Shown here: in pieces, positions 40,261 to 54,198 of the stretch
Numbering within the stretch: the first letter of the stretch is position 1
Layout: every line of letters begins with the position of its first letter
The notes under the pieces: generated by a model
What the model saw: the letters and a program-made list of their open reading frames with translations, nothing else
What the model was told of the DNA's origin: nothing
Database searches by the model: none
Translations under genes and position numbers: made by a program
Source: Octopus vulgaris
Taxonomy: Eukaryota
Direction: 5' to 3'
Assembly: GCA_951406725.2 (NCBI GenBank)
Contig: OX597818.1
Span: 129,828,001-129,892,000, forward strand
DNA: 64,000 bases

Positions 40261-41489
40261 TCATCTTAACCATTAAAAAAATTGCAATTATCATTATTAA
40301 TTATCATTATCAGTACTTTCATCATCATATCATTACTATCAATTAATTTTATTAATTTATTTAGTATTTAGTACTAATTTTTTATCTTACTTTTTTTTTT
40401 TGGCATTTTCCAAATGATTTCCAAACTTTTGGTCCTTAATTTTCAAAGAAACTTTGAAGAAATAGAAAAAAAATGCGAGAAAAACAAATGCAATTTTGAC
40501 AAGTCAAGAAAAATTTCTATTCTCTTTCATTTTTATTTTAACTTATTTATTTAATAATAATAATTATCATTTTAATAATTTTTTTAAGTCTTCTTCAAAA
40601 TAGGATCTCCACAAAGTGCGACAATTCTTGAATGACATTTATGACAAAAGAATTGATGATTTTGAACTGATTTTTCTGATCACCTTATAATCCTAACCCT
40701 TCACTGCCATCACCGAATTTCTTTTTAGAAAGCCATATTAAGGTACCGTTAACATATCAAAAAAAGTTATTATTAGTAATAATAATAGTGATAATAAAAA
40801 CAACAATGACTAAAATGATAACATGCCACATTCTTTCAAGGCAATGTTTAAAGCCTGGATCACAAATGTAATTTATTAAATTACTCAACAGCATCTGAAA
40901 AATAATTTTTTTTCCCTTTTTTGGGGATCTTTTTTTCTCCCCTTTCCTTTTATCCCAGCATTCAGAAAAATTGGATTGAAAGATGCATTATAAAAACAAT
41001 GATTATTCCAAAGTGAAGAACTATCAAATTTAATGTCTTAAAAACTTTATGAATTGTGTCCTTTCTGTTCCATTTGCTATCTCTCCTTGTCAGGTGTATG
41101 ATACAATGATGCAATAACTTTTAATTGTTCTTTTGATCAAGAAATGTTATGAAAAAGTTGTATATAGTTTGAAAAGAAATTGATTAAAAAAATTATCATG
41201 AAGAAGAAGAAGAAGAAGAAACAAAAACAACAATAACAGTAAATGTAAACATGGAGAAGTGTACTTTTGTAGTAATAAAAAAATACATATTTTAATCTTC
41301 AGAAGGAAGAAAGGAAATATTAGCATCATATAAGTTTCCATAAATGTTAAGTTTTGTAAAAGAAAAAGAAAAGAAAAAAGTAATATCTAAGCCAAGGGTA
41401 GGCCTATAGCTTATTAGTTCAGAAGTTAGCTTCTGGCTGTTTTTTGGGCAGGCCTGTCATCTGCCATCAGCTTGCCAGACCTATCACAA

Positions 41490-41650
41490 CTTCTCCATAT
41501 AACTCTCGATTTTGCTACCTTCGTAGACTAGAGCAATGTGAAATGAAGTGTTTTACTCAAGAACTCAATGCTTTTCTCGGTCCAGGAATTGAAACTACTA
41601 TCTTATGACCAAGAGTCCAACACCCTAACCACTAAAGCCACACATCTCCA
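41490..41650 (-). mobile_element. Old CORE-type SINE (family E)
   Basis: aatgtgaaatgaagtgttttactcaagaac..gaattgaaac..ccctaaccact. Confidence 0.65.
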
Positions 41651-42231
41651 TGTTATGTTTTGTGACAATAAATATCCTTGGATTTTTTTATGATAAACCT
41701 CTCTTGAAAAACAGAAAGTACATAAGCTTTTATGTGCTGGAGGTCTATGTGTGGTCTCTTGATCTATGAGAAATATCAGCCAAGTCACCCCACTCATAAA
41801 AAAACAAATGACATTGCATAATAAGGGCCAGAATATATTTCAAACCCCAACAATTAGTGATATTCTACAAAAATTAGGCGAGGCCCACAATGGAAAATTG
41901 TTCTCACATCTGGGACATATAACATTATTCAGTCAAAAATCTGAGCCCACACATTTATGATCATAAGCTGAACAGCCTAAATATCAAGCCACACATTATC
42001 ACTTTCTAAAGCTACTTTTATGAAAATTTCCTTTCCACTGCCATTACAAAACTATTACAATTATTATAGCCTGTTATTGTTATAGTAACCGTACACCACA
42101 TCTACTATACAAGTTCAATAAATGGTCACCAAATAAGCACACTGCTATAATTAAAATTAAAATTCAAAATATAAAATCTTGATAATGATGTTTCAGTTAC
42201 TGAATAAAGAAGTTTTTAATCATCATCATCG

Positions 42232-42286
<55 letters not shown>

Positions 42287-42306
42287 TATTATTATTATTA
42301 TTATTA

Positions 42307-42511
42307 AGGTAGTAAGCTGGCAGAATTGTTAGCATGGCGGGCAAAATGCTTGGTGGCATTTTGTCTATTGCTATGCTGAGTTCAAACTCTGCCGAGGCTG
42401 ACTTTGCCTTTTATACTTTCAGGGTCGATAAAAGAAGTACTAGTTGAGTATTGGGGTCGATGTAATTTCAGGGCCTTGTACCTTTAGTAGAAATTATTAT
42501 TATTATTATTA

Positions 42512-42548
<37 letters not shown>

Positions 42549-42740
42549 GAAGGCAGTGAGCTGGCAGAATCATTAGCAAGCCAGGTAAAATGCTTAGCGG
42601 CATTTTGTCTGTCCATGTTCTGAGATCAGATTCAGCCAGGGTGGACTTAGCCTTTCATCCTTGTGGGGTCGATAAAATATGTACCAGGTGTGACTATCCC
42701 TCTCTCCCAAATTTCAGGCCTTGTGTCTAAAGTAGAAAGG
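42307..42740 (+). mobile_element. Two tandem SINE family D copies within (ATT)n
   Basis: agctggcagaa heads at about 42314 and 42559. Confidence 0.85.
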
Positions 42741-42782
<42 letters not shown>

Positions 42783-43370
42783 GATATTATTATTGTTGTT
42801 GTTGTTATTTTCTGAAGTACTTTTTTTCTGTAGTTCTGAAATATACTATTAACAAAAACTTTTTATAACCATAGTTAGGCTATACCATTGCCACTTCTGC
42901 AGCTGCTGGTGCCACCAGCACCAGCACCACCACCACCACTACTATATGCTGAACAATGTACAAGGGTATTCTAAAGAATGTCTGCATATGCAGAAACACA
43001 CACACACAATACACACATAAACACACACACAACTGAAACCTAATAGTGGACTTCCCCCCCCACCCAAAAAAAAAAAACCGCCTAAGAGGTAATTGAAAAA
43101 GTATGGACATACACACACGACAAACACACACACATACACACATATATATATATATATAAAGAAATCAAACAGGAAATATCAAGGAATAAAAGCAAACTAA
43201 TAAAGAAAGGTTAGATAAACACATTACACAAACTCACACATATGGTTTGATAAAACTATATATATATATAGATATATATACATATACATACACACACAAA
43301 CGCCAGATTCACATATGTATACATGTAGTTTTATAGTCTTATAAAACTATATTATATATATGTATATATG

Positions 43371-43409
<39 letters not shown>

Positions 43410-43938
43410 AGTTTTAGGAAACTGTCTTAGATGATAAAACCTATAATTAGAGCCCAGTGGTCTTGTTATTATGTAATGTAACCCAACTTTTCTATTAAAG
43501 ACTCCATTAAGTGAAAGTGCTTTACGAAAAGATTGTGTAATGATTATGATGGTGGCAATGATAATGACAAGCATGATGATAATGTTAATGACAATGATGA
43601 TGATGACAATGATGATGATGTCACTAACACGGTAATGACTGTTGTATGCTGTTTCAATTATTTTTATGGTGTTGGAGAATGGTATGATGGTGAGATCTTG
43701 TTGTTGAGCCATTGGATTTTAACAAGCCTTGGAGCTGGCCTCTGTCACTTGCTCACAGCTGCGCCAATAGCTACAATCATAGACGTTTTATTTTTATATA
43801 TATTTTTTTTTTCTTGAAATGGAAAAAAAAAAAAAATTATAAACTTTGATGATGAAATGAGATGAGACAAAGGATAGAGAGAGATAAGGTAGGAATGTGC
43901 ATGTGATGGGTGGTGATGGACAAAGACAGATTCATAGC

Positions 43939-43976
<38 letters not shown>

Positions 43977-44312
43977 AGACTCTAAGGCTTTCATGTTTTT
44001 AGTAAATCAGTCCACAACAGCTACAACCCACCCTTCCTTAGATGTTGATCTTCAAATACAACAACAATAATAAAAACAGTAACATCATCTGTAGCAGTGG
44101 CAGTAGCAGCAATAGTAGTAGAAGTAGTAGTAGTATTTGTAGTAGTAGTAGAAATAGGATCAATGTCAAGAATATAAACAGCAACAAAAGAGTGATGTTA
44201 ATAAATCTGATGACAATTGAGGCACAGTGTGATTTATTTTGAAGGTCTGACAGTTGAAAATGTCTAAATTTTAGCCAATTCCATTAGATGATATCAAGTG
44301 TTATGCATTTGC

Positions 44313-44363
<51 letters not shown>

Positions 44364-44769
44364 ATGCACACACATGTATTATATAATCTGAAATTTTTCA
44401 CATACATTGAAGCATGAAGGTGGTGCTACATCATGACCTTGACCAGGCTGGGTGAAGCAAACTTTAGGAATATATTGTCATTTTATTAGTAGCAGATTGT
44501 CAAAAATCTTTAGAGTGCTATACAAAATTATCTTGCAGTATTTCCCACTAATCTCTATATTCTGGGTTCAAATCCTGCAGAAGTCAACTTTGCCTTTTAT
44601 CCTTCTGAGGGCTTGTAAAATAAAATAAAATTAAAAAAAACTATTCATATACTAAAACCAATGGCATCAACCAATCCTTTTCCATCAAGACTGCTGGCCT
44701 TGTACCTTAATAAGAAACATATATTATCAGTATTTTCTTGAAGAGATTAGATTGGCAGAATTGCTTAAG

Positions 44770-45188
44770 TTCTTTTATTTTATTCTTTTACTTGTTTGAC
44801 TGAAGCCATGCTGGAGCACCACCTTTAGTTGAATGAATCGACACCAGGACTTATTCTTTGTAAGCCTAGTACATATTCTATCAGTCTCTTTTTCTGAACC
44901 ACAAAGTTACAGGGATGTAAACACATCAAAATTGGTTGTCAAGCAATGGTGGGCAATGGTGGGGGGACAAACAAGCATATACCATATATATATATATATA
45001 TACAATAATAAATCTCTGAGCGAGGTATAAACAGTAACTGCTCTTTAATATAAGTGGCAGGCCAGCAAGGACACCATGATGGTGTCGGCTCTTCTAGTGA
45101 CGTCTATAGTCGCCTGGGGCTAAATGCATCAGTAACACCCCCACCACCCCGCCCTGTCCCTAGCCACATTCAGATGGCTGATCCCGCT

Positions 45189-45239
<51 letters not shown>

Positions 45240-45410
45240 TATACGTATGTATATATGATGGGCTTCTTTCAGTTTCTGTCTACCAAATCTGTTCTCAAGG
45301 CTTTGGTCCAGCCTGAGGCTATAGTAGAAACACTTGCCCAAGGTGCCATGCAGTGGGACTGAACCTGGAACCATGTGGTTGGGAAGCAAGATTCTTACCA
45401 CACAGCCTCA
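44770..45410 (-). mobile_element. SINE family A with a ~190-bp foreign insert in its internal (TA)n
   Basis: SINE halves at 44770-44990 and 45255-45410. Confidence 0.8.
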
Positions 45411-46349
45411 TCAGCACCTATCAACAAATTGTTTTGTGCTCAATGTTCTGGCTCTTTATGTTCTGAGTTCAAATACTGCTGAGGTCAATTTTGCCCTTCA
45501 TCCTTTTGAAGTTAAAGTACTATTCAAACACTGGTGGTCAATGGTAACAACTAACCCTCTTTAGTATAGGCCTTGTCTATACTAAAAATAATTATTTTCT
45601 TATAAGTTAGCCACAGTATTAGGGACAGCACTCAACCTATGTCAGTCTCTAAAACTGACAGAGGCATCAGATATATGACCTTCTACAGGCCTACCAAAAT
45701 AGGTAGAGTCAATAATGTTTTAGAGCAGCAGTTGATCGATACAAAGATCAATACTACAGTAGACATTTGGGAAGTAAATTTAATTCTTTATATTCACACT
45801 TCATCAGGCTGTGTGAATTAGGTACCACATTGCGTGGGAGTGATATTTCTGATAGGCTTGTTATTTTTTACAGAAAAGCAATCAAATTTTCCTTCACCCA
45901 CAAACTTATATGATAAAAATTCAAGTGTCAAAATACAATGGGGATATTGGGAAAGGCTGCCAAGTAAATGTAAAGATAAACATATATACTCATATATAAA
46001 CATACAGACAACCATATAGATATACAAACACACATGCACATATTAATGAAAATACATTCATGCATACACTTTTGGACCCATGGGGTCATATAAAAACTAT
46101 TCATCCTTGAAGATTCGTAAAACTATAGGCACACATACATAAATACACACACACACATACGTAAATGCATATATGTATACGTACATACAAAGGTAAATGC
46201 AGATATAGACAGAAAAGACACACACACACACAAATATACTAACTCAGGCACATGTCCAAGCATAGAACCAAGTACATACAAATGAACATCATATACACAT
46301 ATTGTGAATGAACAAACCATCCACATAATGATATACTTACATAAATACA

Positions 46350-46393
<44 letters not shown>

Positions 46394-46494
46394 TAATAAT
46401 TATAATATTAGGGAGTATAACTCCAAATTTACAGGGGAAAATTCAATTTAGTATTAAATCAAATTTCACAATATAAATGTATTTAAATCTCATT

Positions 46495-46540
<46 letters not shown>

Positions 46541-46616
46541 CTATATACACATAGACACACACACACTCACACATACATAAATACACAAACACACTTACAC
46601 ATACACATGTACATAC

Positions 46617-46833
46617 AGTAATAATAATCCTTGGATGGAATTTATAAATATTTTAATGCATCACTTCATGTGTTTCCACAAATCACAAATCCATAAATCT
46701 CTCTCTCTCTCTCTCTGTGTAATTATTCCAGGAATATGGACTATGATCTTAAGAAACATGTGATTTGTGGAAATGTGTGTAGCAATGCATTAAAATTTTT
46801 ATGAAATTCCATCTAAGGATTATCATTATTACT
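46617..46833. repeat. Imperfect inverted repeat with ~72-bp arms, MITE-like
   Basis: ataatccttggatggaattt..ttccacaaatcaca versus tgtgatttgtggaa..aaattccatctaaggattat. Confidence 0.75.
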
Positions 46834-48832
46834 ACTATATTTATCCTGCATTATATCAGCACAGCTTGGTGCAACCCCCAAAAACTGGTATTGCCAGTCA
46901 GCAGCATTAGGCTGTAGCCAACATAATAGAAAAGGAACTTCTATATGCATATTCAAATCGTTTCCACTAAACGAACTTAAAGGGTATATATACATATATA
47001 CACACATATATACCATTATTCTTTAACATTCATTTTCTCATGCTTGCATGGGTCAGATAGAATTTGATAAGGTAGATTTTCTGCATCCACCTGCCCTTCT
47101 TGTTACTAAACCTCACCTGTCTTCAAGCAAGGTAATATTTCATTATGAGGCAGGAAACAAACAACATTGCTGGTATGACTGTGATGCTCTTTTAATATCA
47201 AGACAAGGATGCATACAAACATACACACAGACATATACATCCGTTGTCTTTCAGTTTTCCTCCACCAACTACACTCACAAGATTTTAGGTCAACCTAGGG
47301 CTATAACAGAAAATACAATGCTTTTCAGTAGAACTGAACTCAGTTCTGGCTCAATTTCTCTGTGGTTATATACATAGCTATTTTCACACGTACACATGCA
47401 TATACAGAGTCATAAAGAATTGGGCTAGTCTTCTTAAAAGCAAATAATGGTGAACCTCTAGATCAATCCAATTACCTGAGAACAATTAAACATCAAGTTC
47501 ACATTTCACTGATTTCAAAATAGTAAAACTACTTTAACCATGAAAGGAGGTAATGGAAAGTTTGAGATTCATAACAACAGTAATTTCTTAACACATCTTT
47601 AGAATCTTTGGTATTTGTGAAAGAAATGAATTTTCATTAGTCATTAGTTCAAATGTGATAATGATTATTTAATTTAATAAATGAAATTTGCTCTAAGTAT
47701 TTAATCTAATAGCTGAGATAAATATACAAACAAACAACATTTGTAGTTTCCAGGTGCATCTAGCTTGATAACTTCAACAACAACTAGATAAATAATGTTG
47801 CTTCAGTGATAACGCTTTAAACTCTATGACTTAAAGGTGATGAAATAAATCAGTTGAAGCTGGTGTGTGTTGCAGGAGGCAAGCATTTCTGTTCTTTGTT
47901 ACATGACATCAGTAAACAGATATTTTGTCAAAGAAAAAACAAAAAAAAAAAAATCAGGAAAATTAGTTTTATAAAGTTCCCATAATGCAATAAGTTTAAA
48001 CTAATTCCATTCTGCGAACTCTTTTGAATTGATTTTTGCTTAGACCTGAACCAAAATAAGAGCTTGTAAGCAATATTTTGATCCACAAGACATAACAGTC
48101 ATATCTCCCTGTAAACATACTGACCATCTTAAAGTCATAAATGTATGTTGAACAATGAAGCCTTTCATATAGCAAAAAAAATAAAACCTACAAAAAAAAA
48201 ACAAGATAGGCATGGCTGGAATGCCTTTAATGTTTCATAAGTTTTGGCCTGAGTTTAACTTCCTAATGAACCGAAAATAAATTTAGATAAGTGGTCATCT
48301 CCAAAACAAAGGGATTTTTTGACATTTATGTAAAACCATGAAAACCATTATTGTTATAAGATAAACAGAATATTTGGATTTAATTTTGTGAAATCTATTT
48401 TTATGACTGTATGTGAATGTGTGTCTAAATCTGGTGTGGTGTGGTGTGGATGGGTGCCTATCATAATGCCTCAAAGCCAAAGGACCAAATTTCAAATGAT
48501 CTAAAAAAAATCAAAATACCAAAAAATCAAAATACCAGATGCTCAGAACACCAAATTTTGAAATATTTTAGGGAAAAATGATGTGTAAAATATTCTTAAA
48601 GACATACAGTTATGCTTTCAAAAAGGAGTTAATAAAAAGGTATATTCTAACTTATTTATTTATTTATGTATGTGAAGTTACATAAGCATAACAAAAACAA
48701 GCAAGATATGCTGAACAAATTTACTTAGAAGTATTTGAGTAAAAGAAGTATATCGATGCAGATGTTATTGTGTAGTTAAGAAGTTTGCTTCCCAATCACA
48801 AAGTTTCAGATTCAGTCCTATTTTAATAATAA

Positions 48833-49202
48833 CTAGCAGTATCGCCCGGCGTTGCTCGGGTTTGTAAGGGAAATAACTATAAAGCATTTTTAGTGAGTTA
48901 TAGGCAAAAAATGGAAAAAAAATGATGGTAAATTTTTTTTAGTTAAAAAGGTCGAGTTGCGTCCCCTAGACAGTCTGTGGTTTGTGTTTCTGATTCTCGA
49001 CCCCATGTCGAATTTATCGATTTTTTTCAGAACTGGGGGAACTTTTCAAAATTTTCGCTGCGTTAGTTTTGAATTATGACATTGGGCTATGTGTGTGTCA
49101 AGTTTCATCAGAATCGGTTGAAAGCCGTGGTCAGGGTGAGGGTACAACCTAACAGACACACAGAAACACACACAGACAAACTGCCGTTTATATATAGAGA
49201 GA
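48833..49202 (-). mobile_element. Non-autonomous Helitron
   Basis: Minus strand 5' TC(tctctatatataa), internal (TG)/(TCTG) repeats, 3' hairpin cccgagcaacgccggg followed by CTAG; A|T target with no TSD. Confidence 0.8.
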
Positions 49203-49615
49203 TAATAAACATTGTGTACAGTGCTCAGGTGCACTACAACTCATCTAAAGTGCATATATAATCAGGTGTAGTTTCGACGGACTTCGGAAAGCATGAGGGC
49301 CTTAAAGGATGCAGTGTCATGGCAGTCAACAACTGACGCAGGCAGTTTATTCCATGCTTCAGCAACTCTGAGCGTGAAGAAATGTTTCTGAAAGTCATGG
49401 GAGCTGTGCTGTTTTCTGACTTTGTAGGCATGTCCACGTGTGTTAGACACATGGAGATCAAAAAGGTGTTCAGTGTTGTTGTTGGTGAGGTGGTTGACAA
49501 CTTTGTGGGCGTTTACCAAGTCCGTCGCCAGACGCCGGAGCTTCAGTGAATCCATGCCCAGGGAAACAAGGCACTCAGAATATGGTAGGTGTCTGATGGA
49601 GGGTATGCGTTTTGT
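49203..49615 (-). mobile_element. CR1-clade LINE 3' end
   Basis: ATKRIP-like start, TRGHAYK..FFTLRVAEAWNKLP; close relative of 9765-10250. Confidence 0.87.
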
Positions 49616-49669
49616 GGAACCTTGGTCAAGAGTTTCTCTCAATAACACTATGTAGGCTTAAGACATAGA

Positions 49670-49930
49670 AGACAAGAGTAAAGGAATAAGGTGAAGAAAG
49701 GGAAGAAAAACTCTTTCTTCGTCTCCTTATTCCTTTGCTCTTGTCCTCTACGTTGTCATTTCATTAATTTTTACCCTTCTTATTTTCCTTATTTGTCTTC
49801 AATGAAGGAATATCCCATACTCTTCGATATCCCAGAAACAGCTGTAAGACTGTTTTTTTCCCAATAATAATAATGTATGCCACTTGAGATGTTTACCTTA
49901 GCTCAACATTTATGGTCCTCTTTATCAAGT
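49670..49930 (+). mobile_element. PLE-like fragment with a degenerate hammerhead
   Basis: gtct-tcaatga-aggaatatc..gatatccca-GAAAC-agct-GTA-agac. Confidence 0.5.
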
Positions 49931-50020
49931 ATATATATATCTATATATACACACACATACACATTTTATATACGCATATAAATATATGTATCAAAAGAAA
50001 AACAGGATGCAAAGGATTCT

Positions 50021-50107
50021 GCGGTACATATGTTTCGGGCTTTATTGAACAACTTATATCAATGCATAATTGATGTAACAGGTAGGTCAAAAGCATTCTT
50101 CAGCCAC
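50021..50107 (-). ncRNA. Minimal type I hammerhead motif in a PLE-like fragment (49995-50270)
   Basis: gtgg-CTGAAGA-at-gcttt..aaagc-cc-GAAAC-atat-GTA-ccgc; palindromic stem III acatatgt. Confidence 0.65.
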
Positions 50108-52001
50108 GTACAATTACCACATTAAGGACATGTATCACATTATAGCAGGTTTGAGAAAAAGTTTGGGAAAAAACCGAGTTTCATTGGGAAAGTAACTCCT
50201 CATAGGCGTATATGGCATTGCGAGACACCAAAACAAAACGTCCATATCGTTTTCTCACTCAATAAAGAATATATATATTATACATGTGTCTATGTGTGCA
50301 TGTATGTGTAAATGTGTAAATGTATGTGCCTCCTTGCCTTTACATTACATGATTGTTGTATATGAATGTTGTTCATTTTCTATATTCTGCAAAATCATGT
50401 CTGGTCATGGAGAAATATTACCTCGCTTTGGAACTGATGAGAGATGGCTACAAGAAGGTCATCCAGCTGTAGAAAATTTGCCACAAAATATTCTGTCTAA
50501 CTCATGCAAATATGGAAAAGTTGATATTAAAATGGCGATGATGATATTGTTAGTATTGAAAAGTTAAGTGAAAAATTTGTGTATTTATCAAAATACTTCC
50601 ATTCTTTAAATTCTCTCATGCTTTAATATTTTTCCATTTCTATAATGCAAAGGTAACATACCAAATGATTTAAAAGGCTAAATCTTGTGTATTGGGATTA
50701 CACAACAAAAGAATAAAGACAATGGAGATAAGCAACTGCTCCAACCAACCAAGCATGTAGAGGATCAGTGTCTATGTATTAACATACCATGCCTCAGAGA
50801 TTACAAATTTAGACTGTTTTCAGCAGGTCCACCCCATGAAACATATAGACTAAGTAGCTTGTAGATATTCTCATAAAACCAATTCTTAAATATATAGCAA
50901 GCTTCATACAAGAGAACTCGGAATTTCAATCTATCAAACTTCAGTCTTTTAAATGTTCAATTATTCAAAAGAAAAAGGATAATATTTGATAAACTATTGA
51001 AACTTTCATTACTATTAATATTTTTTTCTGATAAGTATACCAAAATTTATGTGCTATATCCCACTTGCCTTTGTTCTTTTCACATATAATAAGAAATGCA
51101 AAAGAATATTTTCTCAATAAACTTTCAGTTTGAGAAAAGCTATCTCAGCCTATTTAAAACTATAAATAAATGCTTTTAAAGGCATTTTTCTTATTTTCTC
51201 TTATAATAGTTATTCTGTTATAGCATAATAATAAATGTAAATATATCAATATTTTCCCCAAATAAACTCTCTTTTAAAACAGCATATAAATGGTTTTTAA
51301 GGCTGACTTCATATTTTCATATATATTTCAAAATTCAGTACTCTGATCAAGCTTTAGATATTTGGGTCATTAAGTCATTTAAAATTCAACCATCTCATGT
51401 TTAGCCTTATGAGTCAAGCCTGGGGTTGAAAATAAATTCTTTTAATTTATTAAAATACCATACCAGTTTTTTTTTCAATGATAAATAAATTTATTAAAAT
51501 ACTATACCAATTTTTTTTCCAATGATAAATAAAAATTAAGATGAAATTCTAAGAGAAAGAAAATGCTTAAGGAAAAGTTTCATGGCAGTTAAACACTGCA
51601 TTATCTCTACTTTGTGACAATACCTATTATGGAAAGTTAAACTTGTAAAACATCATGATAAAAGAAATAAAACGATATAGATACAACCTCTGTCTTATTA
51701 ACAAAGAGATGAGGATTAAAAAATTTCCACTGGTATATCTTTGAGGTTGAGGCTGGGTAATTTCAGCTGAAGAACTGATATCACAGCATATTTTTGCCCT
51801 TGAATCCACTGAGAACATACTTCCCGCATGGTTCACATTGATAATTTTCAATATAATCATTCAAGAAGAAGCTATTTAATAGTATAATAAATAATTATTT
51901 GAAATATAAATTAAATGATTTCAAATTGTTCTGGGACTTCTGAGTTATTTAGTACGTAAGGCTATGGATGGGATCGATGACCTCCCGCCGCAAATACTAA
52001 C

Positions 52002-52119
52002 CGGACATAGAATGTTTGTCGTTAGCCAGCTGGTAGAGATGTCTTCCTGGGGCTATAAACGTCAGTAGCACTGTCCCGTATAAGACATCCGAGCTGGTTG
52101 GCATATATATGATACGATT
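52002..52119 (-). other. Candidate 118-nt minus-strand exon, CpG-rich and unique
   Basis: ttttttttttacag|AATCG..GTCCG|gttagt; phase 0 is open, phase 1 gives (E)SYHIYANQLGCLIRDSATDVYSPRKTSLPAG*. Confidence 0.4.
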
Positions 52120-52143
52120 CTGTAAAAAAAAATATTTAAAAAA

Positions 52144-52375
52144 AGGCGACGAGCTGGCAGAAACATTAGCACACCGGGCGAAATGCGTAGCCATATTTCG
52201 TCTGCCGTTACGTTCTGAGTTCAAATTCCGCCGAGGTCGACTTTGCCTTTCATCCTTTCAAGGTCGATAAATTAAGTACCAGTTTCGCACTGGGGTCGAT
52301 ATAATCGACTTAATCCCTTTGTCTTTCCTTGTTTGTCCCCTCTATGTTTAGCCCCTTGTGGGTAGTAAAGAAATT
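52144..52375 (+). mobile_element. SINE family D, young
   Basis: ggcgacgagctggcagaaac..gttcaaattcc..agtaaagaaat. Confidence 0.92.
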
Positions 52376-53154
52376 TAAACACTCAAATATGGATAGTCTC
52401 AAGCCGATTGATAATACTGATCCAAAGATAGCCTTGAGTTGATTCAGCTTTTTATGGAATATTTAGAAAACTGGTAAACAAAAAATTGTTTTAATGCCTA
52501 TTTTACTAAGATGTTGAGGTTTTTACTGACTATCATAACTATGATGTTCATTCGGATGTTCCAGAAAATTGACTGAAAATAATTGCTTTCATCCTATTCT
52601 AGCTTTTTGATAATGATGATGGAAATGAAGATCATGATGATTTGGTGGTGGTGGTGGTGATGATGATGATATATTTTTCTCCCATTTCATTTTCTAATGT
52701 AATATTTTTCAGTAAATAAACTTGTATAAGCCTCCACCTGCCAGCTATTGATCATATTATAGAGAATGAGAAATCATGTTGTGTATTAGTTACTGGTCCA
52801 TTATTATTCCAAATAATATACCTTTGATAATAAAAAAAATAATTCCCCCTACCTGCCCTGAGTTTCAGTCAAATATACATATTATGCAATGAATGTTATG
52901 TTATGTTGTGACAGGCTATGTTGCACTGTGTGGTGATATGTTCTAATATTTCTCTGTTATTGCTCAAGTCTTCAACACTACTTCCAATATCTTATCCTTA
53001 TGCATTAGTTGTGCAAAAAGATGAACATGTGTATTTAAGAAGGTAAAATAACAAATATGGTCTCAATGGACATGTATACATACATTTATATACACACACA
53101 TACACGTCCACAGAACATGTTTTTCCTTCTTTAATGTGAGCATATGTATGTAGA

Positions 53155-53214
<60 letters not shown>

Positions 53215-53355
53215 TATAATAACACTCACATGCATATATATGTATGCAAAAATGTATATGTAGTGTATGCTATGAAAATGACTGAAATTGTATAAGAGGA
53301 AAGGAGGAGGTATTCTGATAATTCCTTCAAGGAAAACACACAAGCAGAGACATAT

Positions 53356-53386
<31 letters not shown>

Positions 53387-53387
53387 C

Positions 53388-53432
<45 letters not shown>

Positions 53433-53520
53433 TAAATATATGTGTGTGTGTGTATATATGTGTATATATATATATATATATGTACATAAATATATGTGTG
53501 TGTGTCTATATATGTATATA

Positions 53521-53558
<38 letters not shown>

Positions 53559-53578
53559 TAAATATATGTGTGTGTGTG

Positions 53579-53620
<42 letters not shown>

Positions 53621-54020
53621 ATGATGATGATGAGAATGGTGAGGAAATGGATAAGTGAGTGGAGAGGTAGGAAATTAGATAAGGAAAACACTGACAAACA
53701 GCATATGCATTTGACGGACAAAACAAAGAGATGTACAGAAGCAAAGGAAGCAAACAACCTTCTACTTTCTCACAAGAAGAAGAAGAGGTGTGGATGAGGA
53801 GAAAGAGGAGTAAAAAAGCAAGAAAAAAAAAAAAAAAAACGCATTTATAGACAAATACAAATACTATTGACATAGACTGATATAATGCAAAGGGTTGGGT
53901 GGGGGAAAATAAGAGAGAAAAATAGATAAAAGTTTGAAGGGAAAGTGAGAAAAAGAAATCAGAAAAAACAAAATATTACAAAAATAGTAAGTAAATGTGT
54001 GTGTGTGTATGTGTGTACAT

Positions 54021-54127
<107 letters not shown>

Positions 54128-54131
54128 ATAA

Positions 54132-54198
<67 letters not shown>

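Noticed and set aside
43745-43770. Assigning the candidate tails to a named gene (quaking, SERCA or muscleblind)
   Set aside because: Only vague resemblance of very short peptides; no constitutive exon in the window to support a name
45639-45821. 60-aa plus-strand ORF in unique sequence
   Set aside because: Short, with no motif, and within chance expectation
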